A stretch of DNA of 63,698 nucleotides, the filler included, from Licmophora abbreviata (taxonomy: Eukaryota), in NCBI GenBank assembly GCA_900291995.1. It is 13 parts of 13 records of this genome, joined end to end, with 100 filler letters (N's around TTAATTAATTAA, not from the genome) between each part and the next. Parts side by side here need not be neighbours in the genome. Positions count along the whole stretch, not along the records: positions 23,993 to 32,752 come from OLMU01001234.1; positions 32,853 to 35,689 come from OLMU01001236.1; positions 35,790 to 42,966 come from OLMU01001237.1; 10 more parts are not named here. One strand, written 5' to 3'. Position 1 is the first letter of the stretch; the number at the start of each line of letters is the position of its first letter. A program made the translations under genes and the position numbers. Shown here in pieces: positions 30,063 through 39,014 of this stretch. The notes under the pieces are model-generated. The model was not told where the DNA came from. It did not search any database and was given only the letters and a program-made list of their open reading frames with translations.

Positions 30063-32447
30063 TTACTTTGGTAGACTTTGGCCATTGCCCCAGTGTATCT
30101 CTTTGATAGGCAGATCAAACTGGTCGGAAAACGGGGCGGGATCCTCGCCATCATAGATATGAGCCAATAGCTTCGCGTTGGTCTCGTCGATCTGACCGCA
30201 ATAAGCACCTGCAACAATACGCATCTCAGCTTCGTCTTCGTAGATGTTTGGACTCGTCTTGTGGTATCCCCAATCGCTCAGGACGAACGCCAAGTCGTAT
30301 TCGTAGTTGACGGACACAACAATGTTTGCATCGTCGCTGATAATATCAAGCTCCGGCTTGGACCCCTCCACGACCAAGAGCGGAAAAATGATGTTGAAGC
30401 CTTTCTCGCCGCTCGCATAGACATCGGCGTGTGTCAAGCTGTTATCACACTCCGTAACTCCCATGAACGAGGAATGAAAACATGTCATGTTGTCTAGCCC
30501 AAAACCGTTGCCAATGCTATCCAACACCACATCGAAGCCTCCGCTACCCATGGCCCGTAGGAAACTGACACGGGCCGATTCGTCCCACGCTGCAATGTAG
30601 TGCATGTTGAATTTCCACGCATCGCTCATGTATCGATGAGCAAACCACTGCTCCCCCTCGGCGTCATCGAAAATGCGCCATTCATCACTTTGGAGAATGT
30701 TCTCGTCAAACAATTTCTTGTATACGGCTGTAATTCCACGATCTTCTGAGAACTTGCGAATGTGTTGCGAAAATCCCGTGGGTAGGCCGACTCGAAATGC
30801 GCTCTTGGCAACGGGGTTACCGTTATGCGCCCACTTGAGCTGCTCCAACTCGCCCGCTTTCAATGGAACATCGCGGGGAGCGATCTCATAGATGGCCTCT
30901 TGCTTCCACACATCGGGGAAGAAACCCTTTGGGACGTTGATTTCATGACGAAATATTGAGTAATCGGAGTCTGAATCTTCCGTTTCGGTTCTCCGAGCCT
31001 CGACATGTTTTTCCCACGCATCCTCCCAATCGGAGCCATAGTCAATGAAGATTTCCTCGCCGGGCTCGATATCGCGCAGCGCAACAATGTCCATCATGAG
31101 TTTGCCACTCATTTCGAGGACATCCAGAGGGTGCAAATCAAGCCAGTCGCTCGGGTCACCCAGAATAGATGAGTGCTCATCTGGCCATCGAATCTCGGCG
31201 TTCGGGGCAGAACCGTCGTGATTGACAAAATTGACAATCGGTGCAATTGGCACAAAAAGCATCGGTGAATCGGGATCTCCGTAGCAGTAATTGAGTAGCA
31301 GTTCCTGACCTTCGACCTTGTCAAAGTTGAGAACATCTCGAGATGAGCTCTGGTCGCCATTGGCCTCGTAAATGACCAAATCGTCTCTCTTGAGCGCCAA
31401 AAGTGGTGACGGGGATACTATCGAGCCTTGGCTTATGCGGTGCCGCGCAAAGGCACCTCTTCCAGCCTGAGGTTTCGTGGATCGTCCAACGTACAAACTG
31501 TCAATACACACACCTTCGCGTTTCAACCACTCGACATCCTTGACGGGGTCAACTTCCGCCTCGTCACTCACTGTTTTCTTCGGCAAGGCGTTGAACTGGT
31601 CGCCATGAGATCCAAAATCGGGATTCTCCAATTTGCTCCTCTTGTCCTGTTCGGTAGGCAAATTCCTACCCTCGACTCGCCCTGCCCAGTCTTCAATCGT
31701 CTCGAATGCCTGCAGCGTTCTACTCTTATCCTCAAAATCTTCATGCCACTGATCTCCATAGTCCAGAAACAATTCCGATCCCGCCGGAATGTCTTCGGTT
31801 GCCAAGAAGGAGACTCCCAAATGAGGAGAGAAGGATCCCTCTCCAGGTTCACCATGCCCCACCCGCGCCATGTCTTGCCGCTCCGCATCATCGTCTTTTT
31901 CTATATTGACCAAGAGAGGATGCGAATTGACCTGCGATGCCAGTCCAGGAGCAAATACACCCACAAAGTCGTCGTCCACAACATTGTCCAAAAAGGACAA
32001 CCCATCCGCTGCATTGAGTCCTTCTTCGACACGATACAAGGAAGCTGGAATGGAAGGGAAGGAGTGTCGCGCCGCGTGGTAGAATTGATCGGGTACATTG
32101 GGCCAGACGTAGCCGAGCCAGGACAAGAACTGTTGTTGTCCTCGATACGGGAGTGTCTTGAAGTCGTCGGCAATGGAAATCATGAGATCATCTGCTTCAC
32201 CGATAGTCCACCCCTCCGCGACATCCACGGCTGTGTAGACTCCCAGTCCTGCCCCAGGAATAGAAGAAGGTGCCAGGTAGAGTGAGCATGTACTAGAGAA
32301 AGTGCTACTACTGCTACTGCTACTACTACTTTCGCCCGTCAAAGAGGCAGGACAGCTTGGTTCTTCTACAGCAATCACAAATGTCAAACTCCAAACGGAG
32401 GTGACGACGACGAAAGCCAACGCTATCGTTCTGCAATGTATCCCCAT
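30063..32447 (-). CDS. Secreted/ER-targeted tandem SET-domain protein with C-terminal putative 2OG-Fe(II) oxygenase-like domain
   Basis: Signal peptide. SET1: CSLYLAPSSIPGAGLGVY..VNSHP..ATEDIPAGSELFLDYG. SET2: STKPQAGRGAFA..NFVNHD..ALRDIEPGEEIFIDYG. C-terminus: THADVY..FNIIFPL..YHKT..MRIVAG. Confidence 0.85.
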   Translation of the reverse strand: MGIHCRTIALAFVVVTSVWSLTFVIAVEEPSCPASLTGESSSSSSSSSTFSSTCSLYLAPSSIPGAGLGVYTAVDVAEGWTIGEADDLMISIADDFKTLPYRGQQQFLSWLGYVWPNVPDQFYHAARHSFPSIPASLYRVEEGLNAADGLSFLDNVVDDDFVGVFAPGLASQVNSHPLLVNIEKDDDAERQDMARVGHGEPGEGSFSPHLGVSFLATEDIPAGSELFLDYGDQWHEDFEDKSRTLQAFETIEDWAGRVEGRNLPTEQDKRSKLENPDFGSHGDQFNALPKKTVSDEAEVDPVKDVEWLKREGVCIDSLYVGRSTKPQAGRGAFARHRISQGSIVSPSPLLALKRDDLVIYEANGDQSSSRDVLNFDKVEGQELLLNYCYGDPDSPMLFVPIAPIVNFVNHDGSAPNAEIRWPDEHSSILGDPSDWLDLHPLDVLEMSGKLMMDIVALRDIEPGEEIFIDYGSDWEDAWEKHVEARRTETEDSDSDYSIFRHEINVPKGFFPDVWKQEAIYEIAPRDVPLKAGELEQLKWAHNGNPVAKSAFRVGLPTGFSQHIRKFSEDRGITAVYKKLFDENILQSDEWRIFDDAEGEQWFAHRYMSDAWKFNMHYIAAWDESARVSFLRAMGSGGFDVVLDSIGNGFGLDNMTCFHSSFMGVTECDNSLTHADVYASGEKGFNIIFPLLVVEGSKPELDIISDDANIVVSVNYEYDLAFVLSDWGYHKTSPNIYEDEAEMRIVAGAYCGQIDETNAKLLAHIYDGEDPAPFSDQFDLPIKEIHWGNGQSLPK

Positions 32448-32752
32448 GCTCGTTGCTTGTCAACACAGAAGTCTCAGTGTGATGTGTGTATCTTGCTATA
32501 GTTTGATTTAGTAGTTGTCGTCCTTTGGAACGGGTGGCATAGGATGACTGTCATGGCATGGCATGTCATACTCGGAGTATGATACAGTCCACTCAGGAGC
32601 ACATGAAAATAATGGAGTGTAGCACGCGCCAGCCGGCCGGTATGGGTCTACGCCGGTGTTCGCGGACCATCATCGTCCCCGAACCCCAAAAAATTAAGTA
32701 CCAGAACCTACGCGAAATCTCTGGCAAGGTAATACTCAGTCCTCATTTTTAT

Positions 32753-32852
32753 NNNNNNNNNNNNNNNNNNNNNNNNNNNNNNNNNNNNNNNNNNNNTTAA
32801 TTAATTAANNNNNNNNNNNNNNNNNNNNNNNNNNNNNNNNNNNNNNNNNNNN
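32753..32852. other. Artificial scaffold linker
   Basis: N44-TTAATTAATTAA-N44. Confidence 0.99.
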
Positions 32853-33394
32853 AGAAAGTGACAAATCGTGGGATGACCTGTATCATTCGACTTGACTAGG
32901 CTAGAGCATTGGAGGCACCCAAGTCACCGGGGACATATTCGGACCATTGGCTTTCACAGAAGGGTCCCTCCGGCCAGAGGAGGAACACAACCGCAGCGCA
33001 GAGATTCCTCTCGACGCGATGACGGAAAGATGTAGCGCTCCAAGCTGCTGGGGTACGTGGTGATGCTTCTCATACTTCAGCTCCCAGTCGATGATACGAC
33101 GTCCGTCATGCACTGAAACTTCTCTTATCGTCACTGTAGGAGACCTACGAAAAGATAAAAGAGGGAATCATCAATGGCAAACGCTCCTTTGGGACGAGGC
33201 ATGCTGTGTGTTCAACGAACGGGCACGGATATGAGGGTCGCCGGGTGCGTGTAACACGCCTTATTGGTGCGCGCAATGTGTAAGCGCGCGGCAATTCTCA
33301 AGAAGTCATCCTCGCCGCGATCACATCGAGCTCTTGAAGCTTGTGCATCAGCAAACTTCTACATTAGACTACATACACTGATGCCAGCGACCTG

Positions 33395-34303
33395 ATGAGC
33401 AGCAGCAGTGACAGCGATAGTTATGGGAATGGTCAGACTCAGATTGAATTCTGGGCCTCATTTGGCTTTTTCCTGCTGAGTTTCGTTACTTTGGTGTTTG
33501 GAACGTCCTTGTGGAAAGACTTTGTCGTTCGCCGACCGTGGTTCGTGAAATATCACAAGTACGGCCTTCTCATCCACGCGACTGTGGTAGATCTCAATGT
33601 CGCAGTGGTCGAACGAAAGCGAGGCGGTCAAGTACTCTCGCGGCGTGTCGGAAGATGCAGCGTCACGATCGAGTACGACGCCCCGCACACGATGGATGAC
33701 GAAGAAAGGATAGACGACGGCCTGGATGTACTACAAGAGCCAATTGTGAACAGTGCTAGCTTACGGCGTGTACAAAAGCACATCACCAGCGAAGGAAGAC
33801 TGTTATACGCGGAGCTAATGAGACATTCAGAAGAGATATCGCCTGAGAGTCGAAACGAAGGAGACACCCCCCAACGGCTCGAGGTGCTTCTCCTGCCGGA
33901 ACAGGCCATGTCTGCATATCCAAGAGTACTAGTGGAACATGAATTGGAGAATCAAGTCACCTGTGCAACTTGGATTCTCTTGACAAGTCTGATTCTTGCC
34001 GTGTTTAGTTTGTTGATTGTGAGCATCACGATACAGTGTCGAAAGGAAACCTGGGATCTCAACTTTGATATTGGTCCCATCGTGTGGATGGTGGTAGGGA
34101 GCATGACGATTCTCTTTCTGTTGGTTTGGTTGGCTTTGAAGCAAGAGTCAAAGGCTGTGTTTCTCACCCGTGATGCCACATGGATTCCTGCCAGGACAGC
34201 GCACGAAGGTAGTGTCGCGACAGCTTTGTTTTTGGAAGAAGAGGGAGAGGATGTGAAATCTGTCTCAGGGTCGAATACTCCAGAAGGGTCGCTTCTTGTT
34301 TGA
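33395..34303 (+). CDS. Hypothetical membrane protein (3 predicted TM helices)
   Basis: One hydrophobic segment near the N-terminus and two near the C-terminus, flanking a soluble beta-rich region; intronless ATG ORF. Confidence 0.7.
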   Translation: MSSSSDSDSYGNGQTQIEFWASFGFFLLSFVTLVFGTSLWKDFVVRRPWFVKYHKYGLLIHATVVDLNVAVVERKRGGQVLSRRVGRCSVTIEYDAPHTMDDEERIDDGLDVLQEPIVNSASLRRVQKHITSEGRLLYAELMRHSEEISPESRNEGDTPQRLEVLLLPEQAMSAYPRVLVEHELENQVTCATWILLTSLILAVFSLLIVSITIQCRKETWDLNFDIGPIVWMVVGSMTILFLLVWLALKQESKAVFLTRDATWIPARTAHEGSVATALFLEEEGEDVKSVSGSNTPEGSLLV

Positions 34304-34540
34304 CCTTGGGCAGCTATAAGCTATCCTCTAGAATTCGTTTGAAACTCTATCATGGGCGACTATTTTTAAATACGAAGAGCCAGAAGCGAGACAGATATAA
34401 AGGGTCCGTCTTGCTTCGAGCCTATAATCCTGTCATCTGTTCTGAGCGTGCCAGCGGCGGGCTCGCATCACATCCGCCAATTGACATCCTATGTACATGT
34501 TGACGCACGTAAGGAATAATTGGACTCGCTTGTTATGGTG

Positions 34541-35419
34541 TTAGGCATCCTTTCGACGGAATACGACGGCATTGGTTCGAATCAATGACCCCGCAGATTT
34601 GTACAATTCCTCTGTCTTGCTCTCATCCACTACGAGTTTCCCTCTCTGGACGATCTCGTTAATCCACTCCTCTTTGGTCTTCATGGATGGTCCCACATGG
34701 CCTTCTCCTGGCTGTCCCGGATGCGCTGCAGACCATACCACCCATTCTTTGGTAGCCTGCGTGAGAGCGTCAATGACATGCGAATGAAGATGATGCGGTA
34801 TATGCTCTACTACTTCAATGGTCTGCACCAGATCATATTCATTCTTTGGTAATTTATCCAGAGGTGTATTGCAAAGATCCGTCTCATCCTGCGTAATATT
34901 CGAAAACAAGCATTCGCCCAGACGGTGTGGTTCCATTGTCACCAGCTGGGTCATACTGACCTTGGAATCCCGAAAGGCCAAGAGCCACGCTCCAGGACCA
35001 CCTCCAAAGTCCAAGACGGTCTTTACCTGTGGAAATATCTTGGGCATGGCCTTGGCAGCATCCCAATCTCGGGGCGCATTTTGTTCCGTGTGAGTGCATG
35101 TGCCGTCCGGCTTGCGATACGACCATGCGCCGCCACCGTCGTCTTGACAGTGACCATTGACCATGTCTTGACACTCCGTAGGTCTGTAGTCTGTCTGCAT
35201 AAGGTCCTCACTGGAGACATGGATGGCCTCATCGTCTTTGCTTTTGAGAGCAGCAAAGTAGGATGTCAGGACAAGGGGATCTGCATTCCATGAGGTCATT
35301 GCCATTATCAGCGTCGCCAAGAGACACACAATCACTACGAAGGATACCAACGTTCCTGCTCGAAATATGGAGCTTAAAGAGCACCCCAAGGAGCCACGTC
35401 GTCTGGAAAACGTTGCCAT
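34541..35419 (-). CDS. Type II membrane class I SAM-dependent methyltransferase
   Basis: Signal anchor LVSFVVIVCLLATLIMAM, motif I VLDFGGGPG, YDLVQTIEVVEHIP and WSAAHPGQPGEGHV. Confidence 0.82.
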   Translation of the reverse strand: MATFSRRRGSLGCSLSSIFRAGTLVSFVVIVCLLATLIMAMTSWNADPLVLTSYFAALKSKDDEAIHVSSEDLMQTDYRPTECQDMVNGHCQDDGGGAWSYRKPDGTCTHTEQNAPRDWDAAKAMPKIFPQVKTVLDFGGGPGAWLLAFRDSKVSMTQLVTMEPHRLGECLFSNITQDETDLCNTPLDKLPKNEYDLVQTIEVVEHIPHHLHSHVIDALTQATKEWVVWSAAHPGQPGEGHVGPSMKTKEEWINEIVQRGKLVVDESKTEELYKSAGSLIRTNAVVFRRKDA

Positions 35420-35689
35420 TGTGACACTACGAGGGGCCAGATCGAACGATATATCGTATTCGTACGCGTGCGGCCTTGCTGTTTCATCCCACTCTGGCGG
35501 CGCCCCGAACGGCACTCTCGCGATTCTGGCGCGGTGGCGCACTTCTAGTATAAACGTATTGAACCCTGAACATAAATATATACAAACAACAGGAATCCGG
35601 GACTGACGCTCTTCCGGGACTCGGGAAAATTTCTCTGCAACCACATCAGTAGTAGTTTAAAAATCGTACTAATTTTAAATATTGCACTT

Positions 35690-35789
35690 NNNNNNNNNNN
35701 NNNNNNNNNNNNNNNNNNNNNNNNNNNNNNNNNTTAATTAATTAANNNNNNNNNNNNNNNNNNNNNNNNNNNNNNNNNNNNNNNNNNNN
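35690..35789. other. Artificial scaffold linker
   Basis: N44-TTAATTAATTAA-N44. Confidence 0.99.
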
Positions 35790-36022
35790 TATAGATAATC
35801 AAAACTCAATAATAAAACGGTTATAAACCGTTGTTTGAGTACGGCGGTCCGGGGCGCTCATCGCAAAACACGGCGTCGTCGTTGCTGAGCAATCCGCGGC
35901 AGCACTATTGACTGACTCCTACACCACTCCTTGCCTACTCTCTCTCTCTCTGTGTGAATCCAGAGCATTCACACTTGAAATTCAGAGATTGACGAAGCGA
36001 GAGTGATTTTCGAATTATCAAC

Positions 36023-37807
36023 ATGGCATCAGAAACGAGCAACATTAGCAATGCAGCGTTCGGCGCTACAATTAGTACTAGTAGCTCAGGGGAAGTTCTG
36101 CCCCTCATGATGGACATCAAAGATGGGGGCTACAAGAGTACAGCCAGCGGCACCGGTACTAATAAGGCTTTGATAAGTCATCTCGCCAGTGCCTTGAGCG
36201 ACAGTGACGATGATGTGGAGGAACATGCAGTATCCGATGAGCAAAAAACGAATCAAATGGAAACCTTTCTTCATCTCGTAAAGGGCTACATGGGCGCCGG
36301 CTGTCTCAGTTTGCCCTGGGCCGTATCGCAGCTCGGAATAAGTGGTGGGATTCTTGCCATTTTTGTAATGTCCTTGTGGACGTCGTATAACTGTTATGTC
36401 GTGGTGAGACTCAAGCGATACGTGGAACAAAGTCAGCAACCGCATTTCGATGAAACGGCGAGTGGAGCGAGCTCGGCCACGACCAATACAAACATAACGT
36501 ACCCAGACGTCGGAGAGTGGGCCTATGGCAAGCGCTTTCACTCCTACGTGACCACCTGCATCTGCGTGCAGCAGCTCGCTATATGCACTGTATTCATCTC
36601 CTTTGTCGGCGAGAACTTACTGGCTGTCCTGGTGCGCATGCACATTACCAGTGTCACCCACGTCGGCGTCATGACGGTGGCACTTCCAGTGGTACTGGGC
36701 TTGAGCTTCATTCCCAATTTGAAAACACTGGCACCTGTCATGGCAGCCGGAGCGCTCATGCTCTTTCTTGCCTTTGTGACACTGGGTGTTGTCGTGGAGG
36801 AAGAGTGGGCTTATCGGCCTACCGTCCTGCCGTCACTGCATCCTCCGAGCGTGCCACTGGCCCTCTGTGCTATTTTGTACTCTTATGAAGGGATTTGTCT
36901 CATTTTGCCGGTCGAATCGGCAATGAAGGAGCCTCAGCATTTTCAAAAGATCTTTACCGGGGCCATGGTCTGTGTGGCCTGTATGTTGGCCGGCGTGGCG
37001 TCAATCTGTGTGCTTGCCTTTGGAAATGTGACAAGCGGAAGTGTCACGGCCTTTCTTGTGGAAGCATATCAGGGCGATCCAACCGTGACAAGGTGGCTCA
37101 TGCTGTCCAATACGGCAGTGAGTCTGAGTGTCTTGTTGACGTACCCGCTTCAGCTTTTTCCAGCACTCGAGCTTATGGGGCCGTGGCTGTCCAGAGCAAT
37201 GTCTGGGGTTTTTAAGGGCGCCGATCCAGAGAACGAAAATGACGATCTCTCCGCTTTTGAGCCACTTCCGCCACTTCCAGAAGACGATGTGGCGTCATTG
37301 GAGTCATTAACTTCAGAACATCACTACCCTGTCATCGACGTCGACGAGCTGGCAAACAAAGACAAAAACGCTGAAGACGACGAGGTTTCGTTTTCCGCAG
37401 TCAGTTCGGTAACCTCATTCTTTCCGATAATGACAATGCCGGGTGACTCTCCGCAGCTGCGCGCCACGTTGGTGCTTCTCACATACTCGGTCGCGGTGAT
37501 CGTTCCTAATGTTCAAGCTCTAATCTCTCTTGCGGGTGCGCTCGCTGGCTCCTCAACCGCTTTGTTGATTCCGCCTGCTCTAGAACTTGCATGGATCCGA
37601 CACCTTGAGCGTGATTTGACAAAGGATGCTGATGATGAGGGGGACGCTTTGTCTCTGATCTTGGATCCCGCAACTGGCATGTGGAGAAGATTTGTGATGG
37701 AGAGAGTCAAGTGCTACGTGCTGCTCGTGATTGGTTTCGTTTTTATGGGCATCGGAACCTACGCTTCCATTTCTGACATTATACGGATCTATTTGAGTTC
37801 TGAATAA
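36023..37807 (+). CDS. Amino acid/auxin permease (Aa_trans; SLC36/AVT3-like proton-coupled amino acid transporter)
   Basis: FLHLVKGYMGAGCLSLPWA, TYPDVGEWAYG, YSYEGICLILPVESAMKEP, LLTYPLQLFPA and LAGALAGS..ALLIPP; about 11 TM helices. Confidence 0.93.
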   Translation: MASETSNISNAAFGATISTSSSGEVLPLMMDIKDGGYKSTASGTGTNKALISHLASALSDSDDDVEEHAVSDEQKTNQMETFLHLVKGYMGAGCLSLPWAVSQLGISGGILAIFVMSLWTSYNCYVVVRLKRYVEQSQQPHFDETASGASSATTNTNITYPDVGEWAYGKRFHSYVTTCICVQQLAICTVFISFVGENLLAVLVRMHITSVTHVGVMTVALPVVLGLSFIPNLKTLAPVMAAGALMLFLAFVTLGVVVEEEWAYRPTVLPSLHPPSVPLALCAILYSYEGICLILPVESAMKEPQHFQKIFTGAMVCVACMLAGVASICVLAFGNVTSGSVTAFLVEAYQGDPTVTRWLMLSNTAVSLSVLLTYPLQLFPALELMGPWLSRAMSGVFKGADPENENDDLSAFEPLPPLPEDDVASLESLTSEHHYPVIDVDELANKDKNAEDDEVSFSAVSSVTSFFPIMTMPGDSPQLRATLVLLTYSVAVIVPNVQALISLAGALAGSSTALLIPPALELAWIRHLERDLTKDADDEGDALSLILDPATGMWRRFVMERVKCYVLLVIGFVFMGIGTYASISDIIRIYLSSE

Positions 37808-38077
37808 CTGTTGGCTCATGTGCAACGAAGCAGTTCTGATGTTAGCCCGAACCTCGATGCGCGAAGTATGATATATTTTCCAATTTTTATGGACTCGTGA
37901 GTCCCGGGAGACCCGGAGATATCGTTGCAGATGGTACGGGTTCAAGTTGCAGTGGTATCTTTTTGGTTGACGCCACGCGACCTTTCAAATGCGACCAGGC
38001 CATTTGGAAAGAACAGAACCGGAACAGAACACCCATGTCATATTAACGAGAATCTCAATTTACGCTTGACTGACACC

Positions 38078-38323
38078 ATGGCCTTCCGTACACTTTTCCT
38101 TTCCCTTTTGATCGCGGCGGTCGCAAGCGCCTTCACCCCGGCCCGCCCGGCCTTTACCTCGTCGAAGACCCAGCTCCAGTTTGGCTTCCTCAAGGAAATG
38201 GGACTCGAAAAGCCCTCGTGGTTGCCTGACTTTGGTGGAAAGACGGAAGAGAAAGAGCCTGAACCCGCTGCTGTCACTGGCGAAGAAGAAGAGGGCGCGG
38301 ATGAAGCTCCTACGGAAGAGTAG
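38078..38323 (+). CDS. Small plastid-targeted protein (81 aa)
   Basis: Signal peptide ending VASA-FTP (ASAF motif), a Ser/Thr-rich transit peptide, and a short mature part GFLKEMGLEKPSWLPDFGG with an acidic tail. Confidence 0.8.
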   Translation: MAFRTLFLSLLIAAVASAFTPARPAFTSSKTQLQFGFLKEMGLEKPSWLPDFGGKTEEKEPEPAAVTGEEEEGADEAPTEE

Positions 38324-39014
38324 AGCCCATCATTGGTCAAGATATCACGCAATCATTGAGCGACTCGCTCCCGAAACTGCCCCGCCTCCGCCCACACAAT
38401 TTGAATCTTCGGTAGCGCGCTACGGCCAACTCGTCTGAAGGAACCACACATAGCATGAACCAATATGTGGAAATTAGTATAATGATACGATCCAAAGTAC
38501 TAGCCTCTTGTCAACGCTCTTTCATTTTGTTGTATGTTTTCTAATCCCAGTATGTCGTTAGTTCCCCCAAGTCCATCGGCATGGTGTTGTGCTTTGTGGA
38601 GCCATACACTACTGTTTGCAGAAGCGCAATAAGATTTACATGGTCAGAGAGAAGCACATGGAGATTCGACTTCCATTCGAATCGAATCGTCCATCACTGG
38701 CGTTGTGTCTTCGGAAATTGTTAAGCTCAAGAAAGATACTGGAGCGCGGACCTCTCGTCGTTGCGTCAACTTGCCCGACCGTCTGCGCCTTAGCGTCGAT
38801 GATTGAGCGATATTCGAATATCCGGTATTGGCAATGTCGTATTCTAGTCAGAGCTGAGCCTTGAAGCATACACAGCATACTGGCATCTACAACATAAGAA
38901 TAGAGCTCCTTTCAGTCCTGTGTCAAAAGCATTAGCAGGTTTCTAGTTAGAGAGCTATGACATCGCGCAGGCGATAGGAGTTACACACTCCAATCATGTC
39001 TACTGGAGCCTGCT

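Noticed and set aside
31428..32285. 285-aa plus-strand ORF
   Set aside because: Antisense to the SET-domain gene, with no independent coding signal.
32560..33350. Gap-flanking non-coding DNA as MITE or Helitron ends (also 19374-19540 and 35546-35830)
   Set aside because: No clear terminal inverted repeats, target-site duplications or second copy within the window.
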